Source of the DNA: a bacterium
Lineage (GTDB): Bacteria; UBA10199; 2-02-FULL-50-16; JAJFLM01
Assembly (NCBI GenBank): GCA_965216315.1
Contig: CBDCFN010000016.1
Location: 1,216,001 to 1,280,000, forward strand
Length of the DNA stretch: 64,000 nt
Reading direction: 5' to 3'
The notes under the pieces were generated by a model that was given only the letters and a program-made list of their open reading frames with translations, was not told the origin of the DNA and did no database searches. Within the stretch, counting starts at the first letter, position 1; every line of letters begins with the position of its first letter. The translations under genes and the position numbers were made by a program. Positions 50,227 to 58,975 of the stretch are shown here, piece after piece.

Positions 50227-53200
50227 ATGAAAAAAATAATTGAGTACTTCGCGTCGCGGCAGTTGATCGCCAATGTTTTCTTCTGTGGGACCATCATCGT
50301 TGCGGCGATCTGTTGGCAAACAATAGGCAAGGAAGAGTTACCCGAGTTTGCGCGCGACGTGCTCAATGTCATGACGATCTACCCCGGTGCCCCGGCTGAG
50401 GATGTCGAATTATTTGTTACCAAGCCCATCGAAGAGGAGTTGAAGGGCGTTTCAGGTATCTATGACATAAAAAGCACCTCCAGCCTGGGGAGCAGTTCTT
50501 TTAGTATATCCATTGACCCGAATTACCCGGACAAAGATAAGGTCATTCAGGAAATCAAAGATGCTGTTTTACGCACGGATTTTCCGTCCGAAGTGAGGGA
50601 CATTCCGACCTTTCGACAGTTTAAATCGAGTGAGAAAGCGATTATTGATATCGCATTGATCCATAAGCAACACAGCTACCTAGATCAGCAAGCTCGATCC
50701 GAGCTGCAAAAATATGCCCTTAGTTTCGAAAATCAAATGGTGGCACTGCCGGAGGTGAGTTCCATCGATAAGAGTGGATATCTGTTGCCGGAGATTCACG
50801 TAATGATGAACCCGGATAAATTAAAGATACTTGAGACATCCATCTCGGAGATTCACCGGCAGATACAGAAAAATCATATTCGCGCGCCGATCGGTTCTTT
50901 GATGGACCGGGGCGAATCTAAAGTTACGGCGCTCAATGAATTAGATAATCAAAAAGCGTTGGAAAATATGGTCGTGAGGGGGACTTATGAGGGGCCTGCG
51001 CTTAAGCTTGATCAGATAGCTGATGTTAAACTGAGCTTTGAGCGTTCCAATAGCATACTCAAGGTCAACGGTCACGAAGCAATTATCTTGAATGTCAAGA
51101 AGAGTGTCTCTGCAGACATATTGTCGGCAAAGGAGGCACTTATGAAGTTCATTGAGCAGCACCGGACGACGAACTCCGACTCGCCAGTGGAAATTATTCT
51201 AATGGATGATGAGTCGTATGATGTGACCAACCGACTTGCGATCATTCTCACTAACGGACTTTTAGGCTTTATCCTCGTGCTACTCGTCCTGTTCTTATTC
51301 TTGGAACCAAAATATGGATTTTGGGTAGCCATGGGGATTCCGTTTTCACTAGCCTTTACGACGATTTGCTTACTACTGGCCGGATACACGATCAATAATA
51401 TGACCCTGGCGGGGCTGATTATCGTGATGGGTGTCGTTGTGGATGATGCGATCGTTATTGCAGAGAATATTCTCCGGCATCGCCGCGAAGGGTGGGTCGC
51501 GATCGATGCGGCGATCGGAGGGACGTATGAAGTTTTTAAACCGGTTTTTGCCAGTATTATAACAACCTGTGTGGCATTTGTTCCCTTGTTCTTTTTTGAA
51601 GGATTTTGGGGCCAGATCGTCAGCTATATCCCGCTTGTTGTTATTTTAATGCTCGCTGGGAGCCTGATTGAGTCTGTCTTTATCTTGCCGTCTCACTTAG
51701 TCGGCAGAACACCTTTACTGAAGAATAAGGTGAGTTCACAGAAAGATTGGTTCATGAAGTTTGAAGCTCGATACGAACGTTTTTTAGTTAAAGTATTGAA
51801 TAAGAGAATATTCGTCTTTGGAGCTTTTCTGATATTTTCAGGAGTCAGTGGCTATATTTTTTCTTTGCATATGAATTTTGCCATGTTTCCGCGCGAGGAA
51901 GCCAAGGAAATATTCATTAAGGTGACTGCCGAAGAGACATCGACTCGATTTGAAACGGCGAAGTTGATCGAACCCCTAGAGCGGATATTCCTTGATGACG
52001 AGAGTGGAGTTGTGCAGGCGGTACGGACGAGTATAGGGCATAGCCGGCGCGGAGGAGCTGTTAAAGAAAATGAGGGCTGGTTGCGTGTGGAATTACTGCC
52101 AGCGAGTCAAAGAGATGTACCATTGAAACAACTAATGGAAGGATGGGAGGCTGCCGCTAACAAGGTAGAAGGTTTCAAAAAGATAAAATTCTTTCGATCG
52201 TGGTTTGGGAGTGGCAGTGGTAGTGCAATTGAGCTGCTCGTACAAGAAAACGACGATGAGAGGAGATTGGCAATCAGTGTTTCAATCAAGGCCTTTTTGG
52301 AAAAAATCCCTTCGTTAAGTAATGTTGAGATAGAGAAACCCTTAGAGAAGAAGGAGTATTTATTTCACATTGATCAGGAAAAACTGGTTCGTTTCGATAT
52401 AGATCCGATTGCGGTGACCACGGCGCTGCGATCATTCGTTGAAGGGACCATACTTTATACGATTAATAAGGGAGATGAAGAGACGGATGTTCGTTTAACC
52501 GTACCGGATAATTATAAGACCGATTTGCTGGCACTGCTTGAGCTCAAAGTTGAGAATAAGGAGGGGCAACTGAGCTATCTTAAGAATTTTGTAACTATTG
52601 TCGAGTCCATGCGGCCGACAAATATCAGCCGCATGAACTACAAACGAACGATGACGGTTTATGGTGACATGTCAACGGATCCGGACCTAACCCCGCTTGA
52701 AATAGCCGAGCTGATGGAATCCAAGCTGTTCCCGAAGATTTACAAGGAACATCCGGGAGCAATACTACGCTTTACAGGTGAAATCGAAGAAACACGGGAT
52801 TCGCAGAATGATTTTAGAAATTCAATCATACTCGCCCTTGTAATGATTTATGCGATCCTCATTATGATGTTTAACTCTGTGTTCAAGCCTTTGATCATAA
52901 TGGCCATTATTCCGTTTGGTGTCGGGGGCGCGGCTTTTGCACTTTTTATCCATGGGTATTCGGTTTACGGCTTTTTTGCGGTCGTGGGGGCGCTCGGGAT
53001 GATTGGTGTCGTGGTCAATGACGCGATCATCATGATTGATCGACTCGGCCAAAAGAGTATCCAGGCGAGCGATCGAGAGGACTATTATCGCAAGATCGCC
53101 GCAGTAACGGCTACACGCTTTCGACCCGTCTTGGTCACGACGATCACGACGGTGCTGGCCTTGTTACCGACGGCCTATGGATTACTGGGTTACGACTCAA

Positions 53201-53322
53201 TGCTTGCCGAGATGATGCTGACGATGGCCTGGGGTCTGGTCTTTGCGACATTCATTACACTCTTGCTGGTGCCGTCGCTCTATACGCTTCAGAAAGGTTC
53301 TTTGGCCGCTACACCCGATTGA
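50227..53322 (+). CDS. RND efflux permease
   Basis: YPGAPAEDVE, GVVVDDAIVIAEN, GVVVNDAI, RFRPVLVTT. Confidence 0.92.
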   Translation: MKKIIEYFASRQLIANVFFCGTIIVAAICWQTIGKEELPEFARDVLNVMTIYPGAPAEDVELFVTKPIEEELKGVSGIYDIKSTSSLGSSSFSISIDPNYPDKDKVIQEIKDAVLRTDFPSEVRDIPTFRQFKSSEKAIIDIALIHKQHSYLDQQARSELQKYALSFENQMVALPEVSSIDKSGYLLPEIHVMMNPDKLKILETSISEIHRQIQKNHIRAPIGSLMDRGESKVTALNELDNQKALENMVVRGTYEGPALKLDQIADVKLSFERSNSILKVNGHEAIILNVKKSVSADILSAKEALMKFIEQHRTTNSDSPVEIILMDDESYDVTNRLAIILTNGLLGFILVLLVLFLFLEPKYGFWVAMGIPFSLAFTTICLLLAGYTINNMTLAGLIIVMGVVVDDAIVIAENILRHRREGWVAIDAAIGGTYEVFKPVFASIITTCVAFVPLFFFEGFWGQIVSYIPLVVILMLAGSLIESVFILPSHLVGRTPLLKNKVSSQKDWFMKFEARYERFLVKVLNKRIFVFGAFLIFSGVSGYIFSLHMNFAMFPREEAKEIFIKVTAEETSTRFETAKLIEPLERIFLDDESGVVQAVRTSIGHSRRGGAVKENEGWLRVELLPASQRDVPLKQLMEGWEAAANKVEGFKKIKFFRSWFGSGSGSAIELLVQENDDERRLAISVSIKAFLEKIPSLSNVEIEKPLEKKEYLFHIDQEKLVRFDIDPIAVTTALRSFVEGTILYTINKGDEETDVRLTVPDNYKTDLLALLELKVENKEGQLSYLKNFVTIVESMRPTNISRMNYKRTMTVYGDMSTDPDLTPLEIAELMESKLFPKIYKEHPGAILRFTGEIEETRDSQNDFRNSIILALVMIYAILIMMFNSVFKPLIIMAIIPFGVGGAAFALFIHGYSVYGFFAVVGALGMIGVVVNDAIIMIDRLGQKSIQASDREDYYRKIAAVTATRFRPVLVTTITTVLALLPTAYGLLGYDSMLAEMMLTMAWGLVFATFITLLLVPSLYTLQKGSLAATPD

Positions 53323-53777
53323 TACCGTTCATAGACAACGATAGGAATATCCAATGGGTTCAAATGTTCTTCGATTAAGGGAGAAACCTCGCTCCAATCT
53401 AAACCGCCAACACCTGTCGCCAGGCGGGGCAAGGCCAAGCTCGAAATAGCTTCTTTTTCCGCAAAGGACGCCAGGGCCTTCAGGCAATGATTCACATAAC
53501 TTAATTTTGCCTTGCCAGGATGGCTCTTTGCATTTAGGGCCGGCTCTTGCGTCATGAGATTCACAATTTGTTTTTTGGTCCCGCTCCAGGTCCAGATTTC
53601 GCCTGGCTTCGGATTGACTTGGTGGCAATAATGCCTAAAGTCCTTTACCATAGCCGGCCAATTCTCACGGAGATGTAAGGCCAAACCACTATTGAAATGA
53701 TCGTGTGGCGCGACTCCGTGTGCTAACACAGCCGCTTTGCTTAACAGAATATCTCCACTCACGAACGTAATCATCAT
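53289..53777 (-). CDS. Macro domain protein (TARG1/DarG-like)
   Basis: FVSGDIL, GLALHLRE, IVNLMTQ, LALPRLATGVGGLDW. Confidence 0.85.
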   Translation of the reverse strand: MMITFVSGDILLSKAAVLAHGVAPHDHFNSGLALHLRENWPAMVKDFRHYCHQVNPKPGEIWTWSGTKKQIVNLMTQEPALNAKSHPGKAKLSYVNHCLKALASFAEKEAISSLALPRLATGVGGLDWSEVSPLIEEHLNPLDIPIVVYERYQSGVAAKEPF

Positions 53778-53893
53778 CCACCTCGATTTTAGTTTTTCTC
53801 AATCATATTATAACAATAAGCGTGCAGCCTATTCGAAAATAGAAGTATTGACAACATTATAATAAGATGGCTTTAAGCGCTTGGTAATATATA

Positions 53894-55093
53894 ATGTCAA
53901 CGCTGATGAAACAGAACTCATGGAAAGTGTCACCTGAGTTGCTTGATGAAATGCTTCAGCTGCGCCGTCATCTCCATAAATATCCTGAACTCAGTGGCGG
54001 TGAGGGTAAGACCGCTGAAGCCATTAAAGCACAACTCGATAAGCGACGGATAAATTATCGCGACGGGCTAGCCGGGCATGGTATTGTAGCTGAAATTCCC
54101 GGGAATAAATCAGGTCCAGCCATCGCGCTCCGAGCCGATATGGATGCGTTGCCGATTCATGAAGAAACGGGCCTATCGTTCGCTTCGGTACATAAAAATG
54201 TCATGCATGCCTGTGGCCATGATGGTCATAGTAGCATGCTGCTGGGAGCGGCGGCGCTGCTGCAGGAGGAGAAAGCGTCGCTGGAGTATCCGGTGCGCTT
54301 CATCTGGCAGCCTGCCGAAGAAAAGGCGACAGGCGCCCAGGAACTTATCAAAGCAGGTGTGCTCGATAATGTAGGATTGATTTTTTCCGGGCATATCGAT
54401 CCGCGTTATCCAAGCGGTAGTCTTGTCATTACAGAAGGCCCCGTTAATGCATCCAGCGACCAATTTGTTATCTCTATTCGTGGACAGCAGGGACATGGAG
54501 CGCGTCCGCACGAAGCGACGGATGCGATTGTTATAGGCAGCCTGCTGGTAACGGCTATTCAAACGATTATTTCCAGAGAAATTGATCCTGCCGAAGCCTC
54601 GGTGATTTCTGTCGGTGAATTTAACGCCGGCTCTGCACCCAATGTCATTGCAGGTGAGGCACAGCTAACGGGTACCGTACGTGCTCAGGAAACTACAGTG
54701 AGAAAAAAACTCGAACTGGCGCTCGAACGTGTTTGTAAAGCCGTCGCGAATCTGCACGGGTCTTCAATTGAATTTCGTCTCTACCCCCGAACGCCACCTC
54801 TTATTAATAGTCCTGAAATGACTGAATTAGCTAGAGCGGCGGCGCTTAAAGTGGTCGACAATGATAAAATCGTTCCATTACTTCAGGCCAATATGGGTGG
54901 GGAAGACTTTGCCTATTATCTTGAAAAAGTTCCCGGTGCTTATATTCGCTTTGGAGCTAGAATAGATGGCGGCGATTATTCTCCGGCACACTCCAACCGT
55001 TTTGATTTCGATGAAGCTGCATTGGAAGTAGGAGCTCTGTGGTTTGCCAGCGTGGCTTTTTTAGGAGCTCAGTATCTTGCCCAACAAAGCTAG
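53894..55093 (+). CDS. M20D amidohydrolase
   Basis: RRHLHKYPELS, LRADMDALP, MHACGHDGH, QPAEE, GGEDF. Confidence 0.92.
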   Translation: MSTLMKQNSWKVSPELLDEMLQLRRHLHKYPELSGGEGKTAEAIKAQLDKRRINYRDGLAGHGIVAEIPGNKSGPAIALRADMDALPIHEETGLSFASVHKNVMHACGHDGHSSMLLGAAALLQEEKASLEYPVRFIWQPAEEKATGAQELIKAGVLDNVGLIFSGHIDPRYPSGSLVITEGPVNASSDQFVISIRGQQGHGARPHEATDAIVIGSLLVTAIQTIISREIDPAEASVISVGEFNAGSAPNVIAGEAQLTGTVRAQETTVRKKLELALERVCKAVANLHGSSIEFRLYPRTPPLINSPEMTELARAAALKVVDNDKIVPLLQANMGGEDFAYYLEKVPGAYIRFGARIDGGDYSPAHSNRFDFDEAALEVGALWFASVAFLGAQYLAQQS

Positions 55094-56270
55094 TCATAGC
55101 TGTACGGTACGTACCGCTAACGAACTCGATATTCCAGGCATTCAGAAGATGTTCCATGACAGCTATGGAGATGACTATCCTTATCACGGTTTCTATGAGG
55201 CAGCTTGGATCAAGCATGCCCTCTATAACGATAACATTGCGATGTTTGTGGCGGAAGACCCAGCGACCCATGAACTGCTTGGTTCGGCGTCTTTGGACTT
55301 TAGTGTGGGTGCCTTTACAGACCTGTTAGCAGAATTTGGGCGCTTGGTTGTTACCCCGGAAGCTCGTTGTCGCGGGGTTGGGCATGCTTTGATGAAAAAG
55401 CGTGTAGAGTATGTGGAGGACAAAATCCATATCGGAATCGTTGAGAACAGAGTCGTTCATCCCTATTCGCAAATGATTTCTCACGCTCATGGCTTTACGC
55501 CGGTGGGATTTCTTCCCCTGAAACACCTTTTCCACGCGCGTGAGAGTTTGAGCCTATTTGTGCGCTATTTTCAAGACGCCCTGAATTATCGAAAACCCGT
55601 TCCTCGGGTCATACCTGAAGTTCAACAATTGGCACAACTTGCGCTGGCAAGTCTGGGAATTGATAACGACCTTGAGGTTATGAGCGGCGCGCAACCCTAT
55701 ACACATCGAGTCCAGTTTGATTTAGAAGAACTTAAAAATAGTGTCTTGCCGGCGCTACTGCATATTGAGCGGGGAAGGCTGAGCCATCGGGAAGTCTTTG
55801 GGCCGGCGCGGCTTCATTATGGTTTTTTTCGCCTTCATGCCCGTCATGCCCAATATTTTATTGCGAGAGATCAGGCCCCTAAAGGTGAAATTGCGGGGGC
55901 CATTGGCTTTATTCGCGATAAACTGGAGAAAAGCCTTCGCATCTTCGAGCTGATAACCCCAAACGATGATGCCATTTATTTTCTACTCAAATCCTTATTG
56001 GATAAATGCCAGCAGCAGTGGGGACTGGAATATATCGAGGTTGATGTCAGCGCTTACGCGCCAAGGCTGCAACAGACCTTAATCGAGCTCGGTTTTGTCC
56101 CCGCCGCCTATCTTCCGGCCATGGCCTTCCATCAAATCGAACGGGTGGATGTAATCAAGATGTGTCGATTGCTCGTCCCGCTCGATGTTGGTGGGATTCA
56201 GCTAGCAAAGGACAATCAACGACAAATTGCAGACCTGGTAATTCAATCTATTCATGAAAAAATCCGCTAA
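55077..56270 (+). CDS. GNAT family acyltransferase (probably two GNAT-like domains)
   Basis: EFGRLVVTPEARCRGVGHALM; second module near the C-terminus (IEVDVSAY...LGFVP). Confidence 0.8.
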   Translation: MPNKASHSCTVRTANELDIPGIQKMFHDSYGDDYPYHGFYEAAWIKHALYNDNIAMFVAEDPATHELLGSASLDFSVGAFTDLLAEFGRLVVTPEARCRGVGHALMKKRVEYVEDKIHIGIVENRVVHPYSQMISHAHGFTPVGFLPLKHLFHARESLSLFVRYFQDALNYRKPVPRVIPEVQQLAQLALASLGIDNDLEVMSGAQPYTHRVQFDLEELKNSVLPALLHIERGRLSHREVFGPARLHYGFFRLHARHAQYFIARDQAPKGEIAGAIGFIRDKLEKSLRIFELITPNDDAIYFLLKSLLDKCQQQWGLEYIEVDVSAYAPRLQQTLIELGFVPAAYLPAMAFHQIERVDVIKMCRLLVPLDVGGIQLAKDNQRQIADLVIQSIHEKIR

Positions 56271-56295
56271 CTCCATTGAATTAAGGGTTAGCGGA
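56263..56295. terminator. Probable bidirectional terminator between the GNAT gene and the tRNA
   Basis: TCCGCTAAC...GTTAGCGGA stem between convergent transcripts. Confidence 0.5.
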
Positions 56296-56317
56296 CTTTA
56301 TTGAGTCATTATATATG

Positions 56318-56390
<73 letters not shown>

Positions 56391-56394
56391 GTAA

Positions 56395-56470
56395 TAGGGG
56401 CTAGCGTCGCCCCCTCCGGTCGGCAAAGCCGCCGGAGCCTCCCCCTCTCGTTCGCATTACTCACTAGGGG
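56395..56470. repeat. 76-bp interspersed element, copy 1
   Basis: 70/76 identical to the reverse complement of 58900-58975. Confidence 0.85.
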
Positions 56471-56537
56471 GATTTCCTCAAAGGAGACAGCTACTTAAGG
56501 GATTAGGGTGGGGTTTGGCAAGGGCTTTTTGTTGGAC

Positions 56538-56647
56538 TTATCCACAGCTCGTGCCCAGGAAAAAATCGGCAAAGAATCAAATCAAGTAAAATCAACTTTC
56601 TGCTGCCTGTGATTATGTTGAAAAAGTTATCCACAGCTTGTGGATAA
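56538..56647. promoter_or_regulatory. DnaA box cluster
   Basis: TTATCCACA at 56538 and 56627 and TGTGGATAA at 56639, followed by an AT-rich tract. Confidence 0.75.
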
Positions 56648-56800
56648 AAAAAGTAGCAATTTTTTTATAAGTAATTTCAGTGGATTAAAAAAATGTGAAT
56701 TTTGGCTATTGTCGATTTTGCTTTTTCGTAGTTTAACCCTGTTCATCAAGACGACATAGACATATAATCCTTGATAAAGCTTTTAGCAGGATCTTTGAAA

Positions 56801-57378
56801 TTCAATCTATCGTTTAGGGAAGAACCTGAACTGCCACTTGTTGGCGTCAGTAAGTGACTTCGAATCAATTCGAATCTGCAGCCAAGAGCTTTTCGTGAGT
56901 TAAGCTCTCTGTGGAGGGTCCGGAACCAGGGTTGACGATGTCGCTGAACAGCAAGTCGTAAGCAGGCACAAAGGTCATAATGGAGGAAGCAGCCGAAAGG
57001 TGACTTCACATCCGTTATCTCGATAAACTCTAAAGACCAGCGAGCGAGTATTCTTCGGGAGACTCAGGAGCAAGGTCATAAGAGTGGGGATCTGGAAGCA
57101 GAGACTAAGAGATGATGGAAAAAGCCATAGAGGCCCCTGGAAACCCCATAAGAGGACAGACAAGCAAAGTTTCCGGATCCAAGGAGGCAGAACTTGTCGG
57201 CGCCCATGGACGGCAAAAATCCCTGAAGCTGAGGCGGCCGGGTTAGAACTTGGGTATCCGCTCAAGCCGCTCGGAGAAACCCAACAGCAAGAGGGAATGG
57301 GAGCCTGAAAGGGCCACCGCCAACCATGAGTGTTACGCCACTCTAGAGGGGAGTAAGTTCTCTGAACGATAGATTGAA
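56801..57378 (+). ncRNA. Large (~580 nt) highly structured non-coding RNA candidate of unknown class
   Basis: 21-bp closing helix 56801-56821/57358-57378; many nested helices with G-U pairs; GAAA, GUGA and cUUCGg loops; no credible ORF; terminator directly after. Confidence 0.8.
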
Positions 57379-57419
57379 CGCAAAAGCCCGAATCGAAAGG
57401 TTCGGGCTTTTGTGCGTTT
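57377..57419 (+). terminator. Intrinsic terminator of the large RNA
   Basis: AAAAGCCCGAATC-GAAA-GGTTCGGGCTTTT-GTGCGTTT. Confidence 0.85.
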
Positions 57420-57437
57420 ATCAAAGGAGCTTTCCAA

Positions 57438-57531
57438 TTAAATCCCTCCTAGCCTCCCTTTACAAAGGGAGGGACATCAAGTGGCAACCGTTATCTCCCC
57501 CTTTTGTAAAGGGGGACTAAGGGGGATTTAA
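57438..57531. repeat. REPIN-like inverted pair of palindromic units
   Basis: AAATCCCTCCTAGCCTCCCTTTACAAAGGGAGG and its inverted near-copy CCCCCTTTTGTAAAGGGGGACTAAGGGGGATTT. Confidence 0.75.
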
Positions 57532-57947
57532 GCTGAGAGCGCCTTCGCCCTACGATACCAGGTAAAGGCGATGCCGAGTATTCCCATCAGGAGAGCATAG
57601 ACGAGAATACCGAGGAAGAGGACGCCGGATTGGGCGCCCTTGACGAGCTCGGAGTTCGGATCCTTAAAACAGACGGCGCAGGCCCATACAGAGCGACTCA
57701 GTAGCGGTGAAAACATGACGCTCAGGACAGTCAGGGCGAGGACCGCCTCGGGGAGCCGACGCATCTTTTGGCGGAACCAATAGCCGTAGAATGCCAATAC
57801 GACGATCATGACGACAGCGATGACACCGAGCCAAAGATGATTCGCGTCGCCGCTGCTCCGGTAACCCTGGAGACCCCACAGTGCGAGGATAATCGCGACG
57901 GTCAAGGAGCAACAGATAAAGAAGATGTGAAAGGCTTTAAGATTCAT
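57528..57947 (-). CDS. Membrane accessory protein of the oxidase operon with a CxxC motif
   Basis: About four TM segments; ACAVCFKDP; last gene of the cox operon. Confidence 0.6.
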   Translation of the reverse strand: MNLKAFHIFFICCSLTVAIILALWGLQGYRSSGDANHLWLGVIAVVMIVVLAFYGYWFRQKMRRLPEAVLALTVLSVMFSPLLSRSVWACAVCFKDPNSELVKGAQSGVLFLGILVYALLMGILGIAFTWYRRAKALSA

Positions 57948-57952
57948 AACCC

Positions 57953-58252
57953 TTATAATGCCAAATCGGAGTCATTAAGCACAGGAATTGCGAGGCAGAC
58001 CGCAAAGAAAAAGATCGTGAAGCCCAGAACCCAAAAGACCAGGCCACGTTCGGAGATGAGGTGCATAAAGTAGGTTGCCACGAGTCCGGCCTTAATGCAG
58101 GCGACGAAGAGGGCGACGATAATGGCCATGGTCATATTAAGGTCCAGATAACTGACAGCCACGGTTACAACCGTCAAACCGGCCAGGGCTGCAAAGACCG
58201 CCATATAGATCTTAATGTGCTTGTTTATCTCTTCTGCGGTATGTCCCGCCAT
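57953..58252 (-). CDS. Cytochrome c oxidase subunit IV
   Basis: VFAALAGLTVVTV, KAGLVATYFMHL. Confidence 0.85.
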   Translation of the reverse strand: MAGHTAEEINKHIKIYMAVFAALAGLTVVTVAVSYLDLNMTMAIIVALFVACIKAGLVATYFMHLISERGLVFWVLGFTIFFFAVCLAIPVLNDSDLAL

Positions 58253-58267
58253 CGAAACCTCCGTGTG

Positions 58268-58867
58268 TTACAATAAATATAAAGACGGAAATAGAAAAAT
58301 CCAGACGATATCGACAAAATGCCAATATAATCCTGATGACTCCACTCGTCCCAAATACATTTCAGGATTTGATTTCCAGAGCTTAAAACCAGGCAGCAGC
58401 AAATAGGCATTGATGATAATGCCGCCAATGACGTGGAGCCCGTGGAGTCCCGTGATAGTGAAGTATATCCCGTAAAAATTATGGGTCGACGGCAGCAGGC
58501 CATGATGAAATTTCGCTGAATATTCAAAGTATTTAATGACCAAGAAAGCGAAAGAAAGCAGCAGGGTCAGGGTCATAAACATTTTGTATCGACCCACTTT
58601 TTTCAACGCTAAAGACGCCCATGCCATCACGATAGTCACACTGGAGCCGATGAGTACCATCGTGTTCAGGGTGGCGAGCGGAACATTGAGACCGGTTTCA
58701 TGGTGAGAGGGCCACGAGGGATCGCCGGTTCTTAACAGGATATAGGCCGAGAAGAGGCCCCCAAATAGCATGACTTCAGAGGCCAAAAAGAGCCAGGTGC
58801 CTAGCTTCGCGTTGGTCATGCCCGTTAAGGGGTGGGGATGATCTATGTACTTAATTAGCGCTGACAT
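58268..58867 (-). CDS. coxC: Cytochrome c oxidase subunit III
   Basis: WLFLASEVMLFGGLF, TGLHGLHV, GLYWHFVDIVW. Confidence 0.92.
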   Translation of the reverse strand: MSALIKYIDHPHPLTGMTNAKLGTWLFLASEVMLFGGLFSAYILLRTGDPSWPSHHETGLNVPLATLNTMVLIGSSVTIVMAWASLALKKVGRYKMFMTLTLLLSFAFLVIKYFEYSAKFHHGLLPSTHNFYGIYFTITGLHGLHVIGGIIINAYLLLPGFKLWKSNPEMYLGRVESSGLYWHFVDIVWIFLFPSLYLL

Positions 58868-58899
58868 ACCTTCAAACTCCTTCTACTTTCGTTATCCTA

Positions 58900-58975
58900 C
58901 CCCTAGTGAGCAAAGCGAGCGAGAGGGGGAGGCTCCAGCGGCTTTGCCGACTGGAGGGGGCGACGCCAGCCCCTA
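58900..58975. repeat. 76-bp interspersed element, copy 2
   Basis: Inverted copy of 56395-56470; its end supplies the TAG stop of subunit I. Confidence 0.85.

Noticed and set aside
56514..56535. TGGCAAGGGCTTTTTG as a sigma54 promoter
   Set aside because: It lacks the -12 GC and is better read as the minus-strand TTGCCA -35 of the tRNA promoter.
56872..57107. Group I intron-like words AATCTGCAGCCAAG (Q-like) and CAGAGACTA (R-like) inside the large RNA
   Set aside because: There is no downstream TAGTC (S element/P7 partner), no convincing P element and no interrupted host gene. A remote relationship cannot be excluded without a covariance model search.
56910..57200. RNase P RNA or tmRNA identity for the large RNA
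   Set aside because: GGAGGGTCCGGA only loosely resembles GAGGAAAGTCC. There is no ACAGAA..GGCTTA 3' motif, no tRNA-like acceptor or T arm and no tag ORF.
56746..57424. Short ORFs 56746-57009, 56975-57424 and 57084-57308
   Set aside because: No recognisable protein features; they overlap the structured RNA and its terminator.
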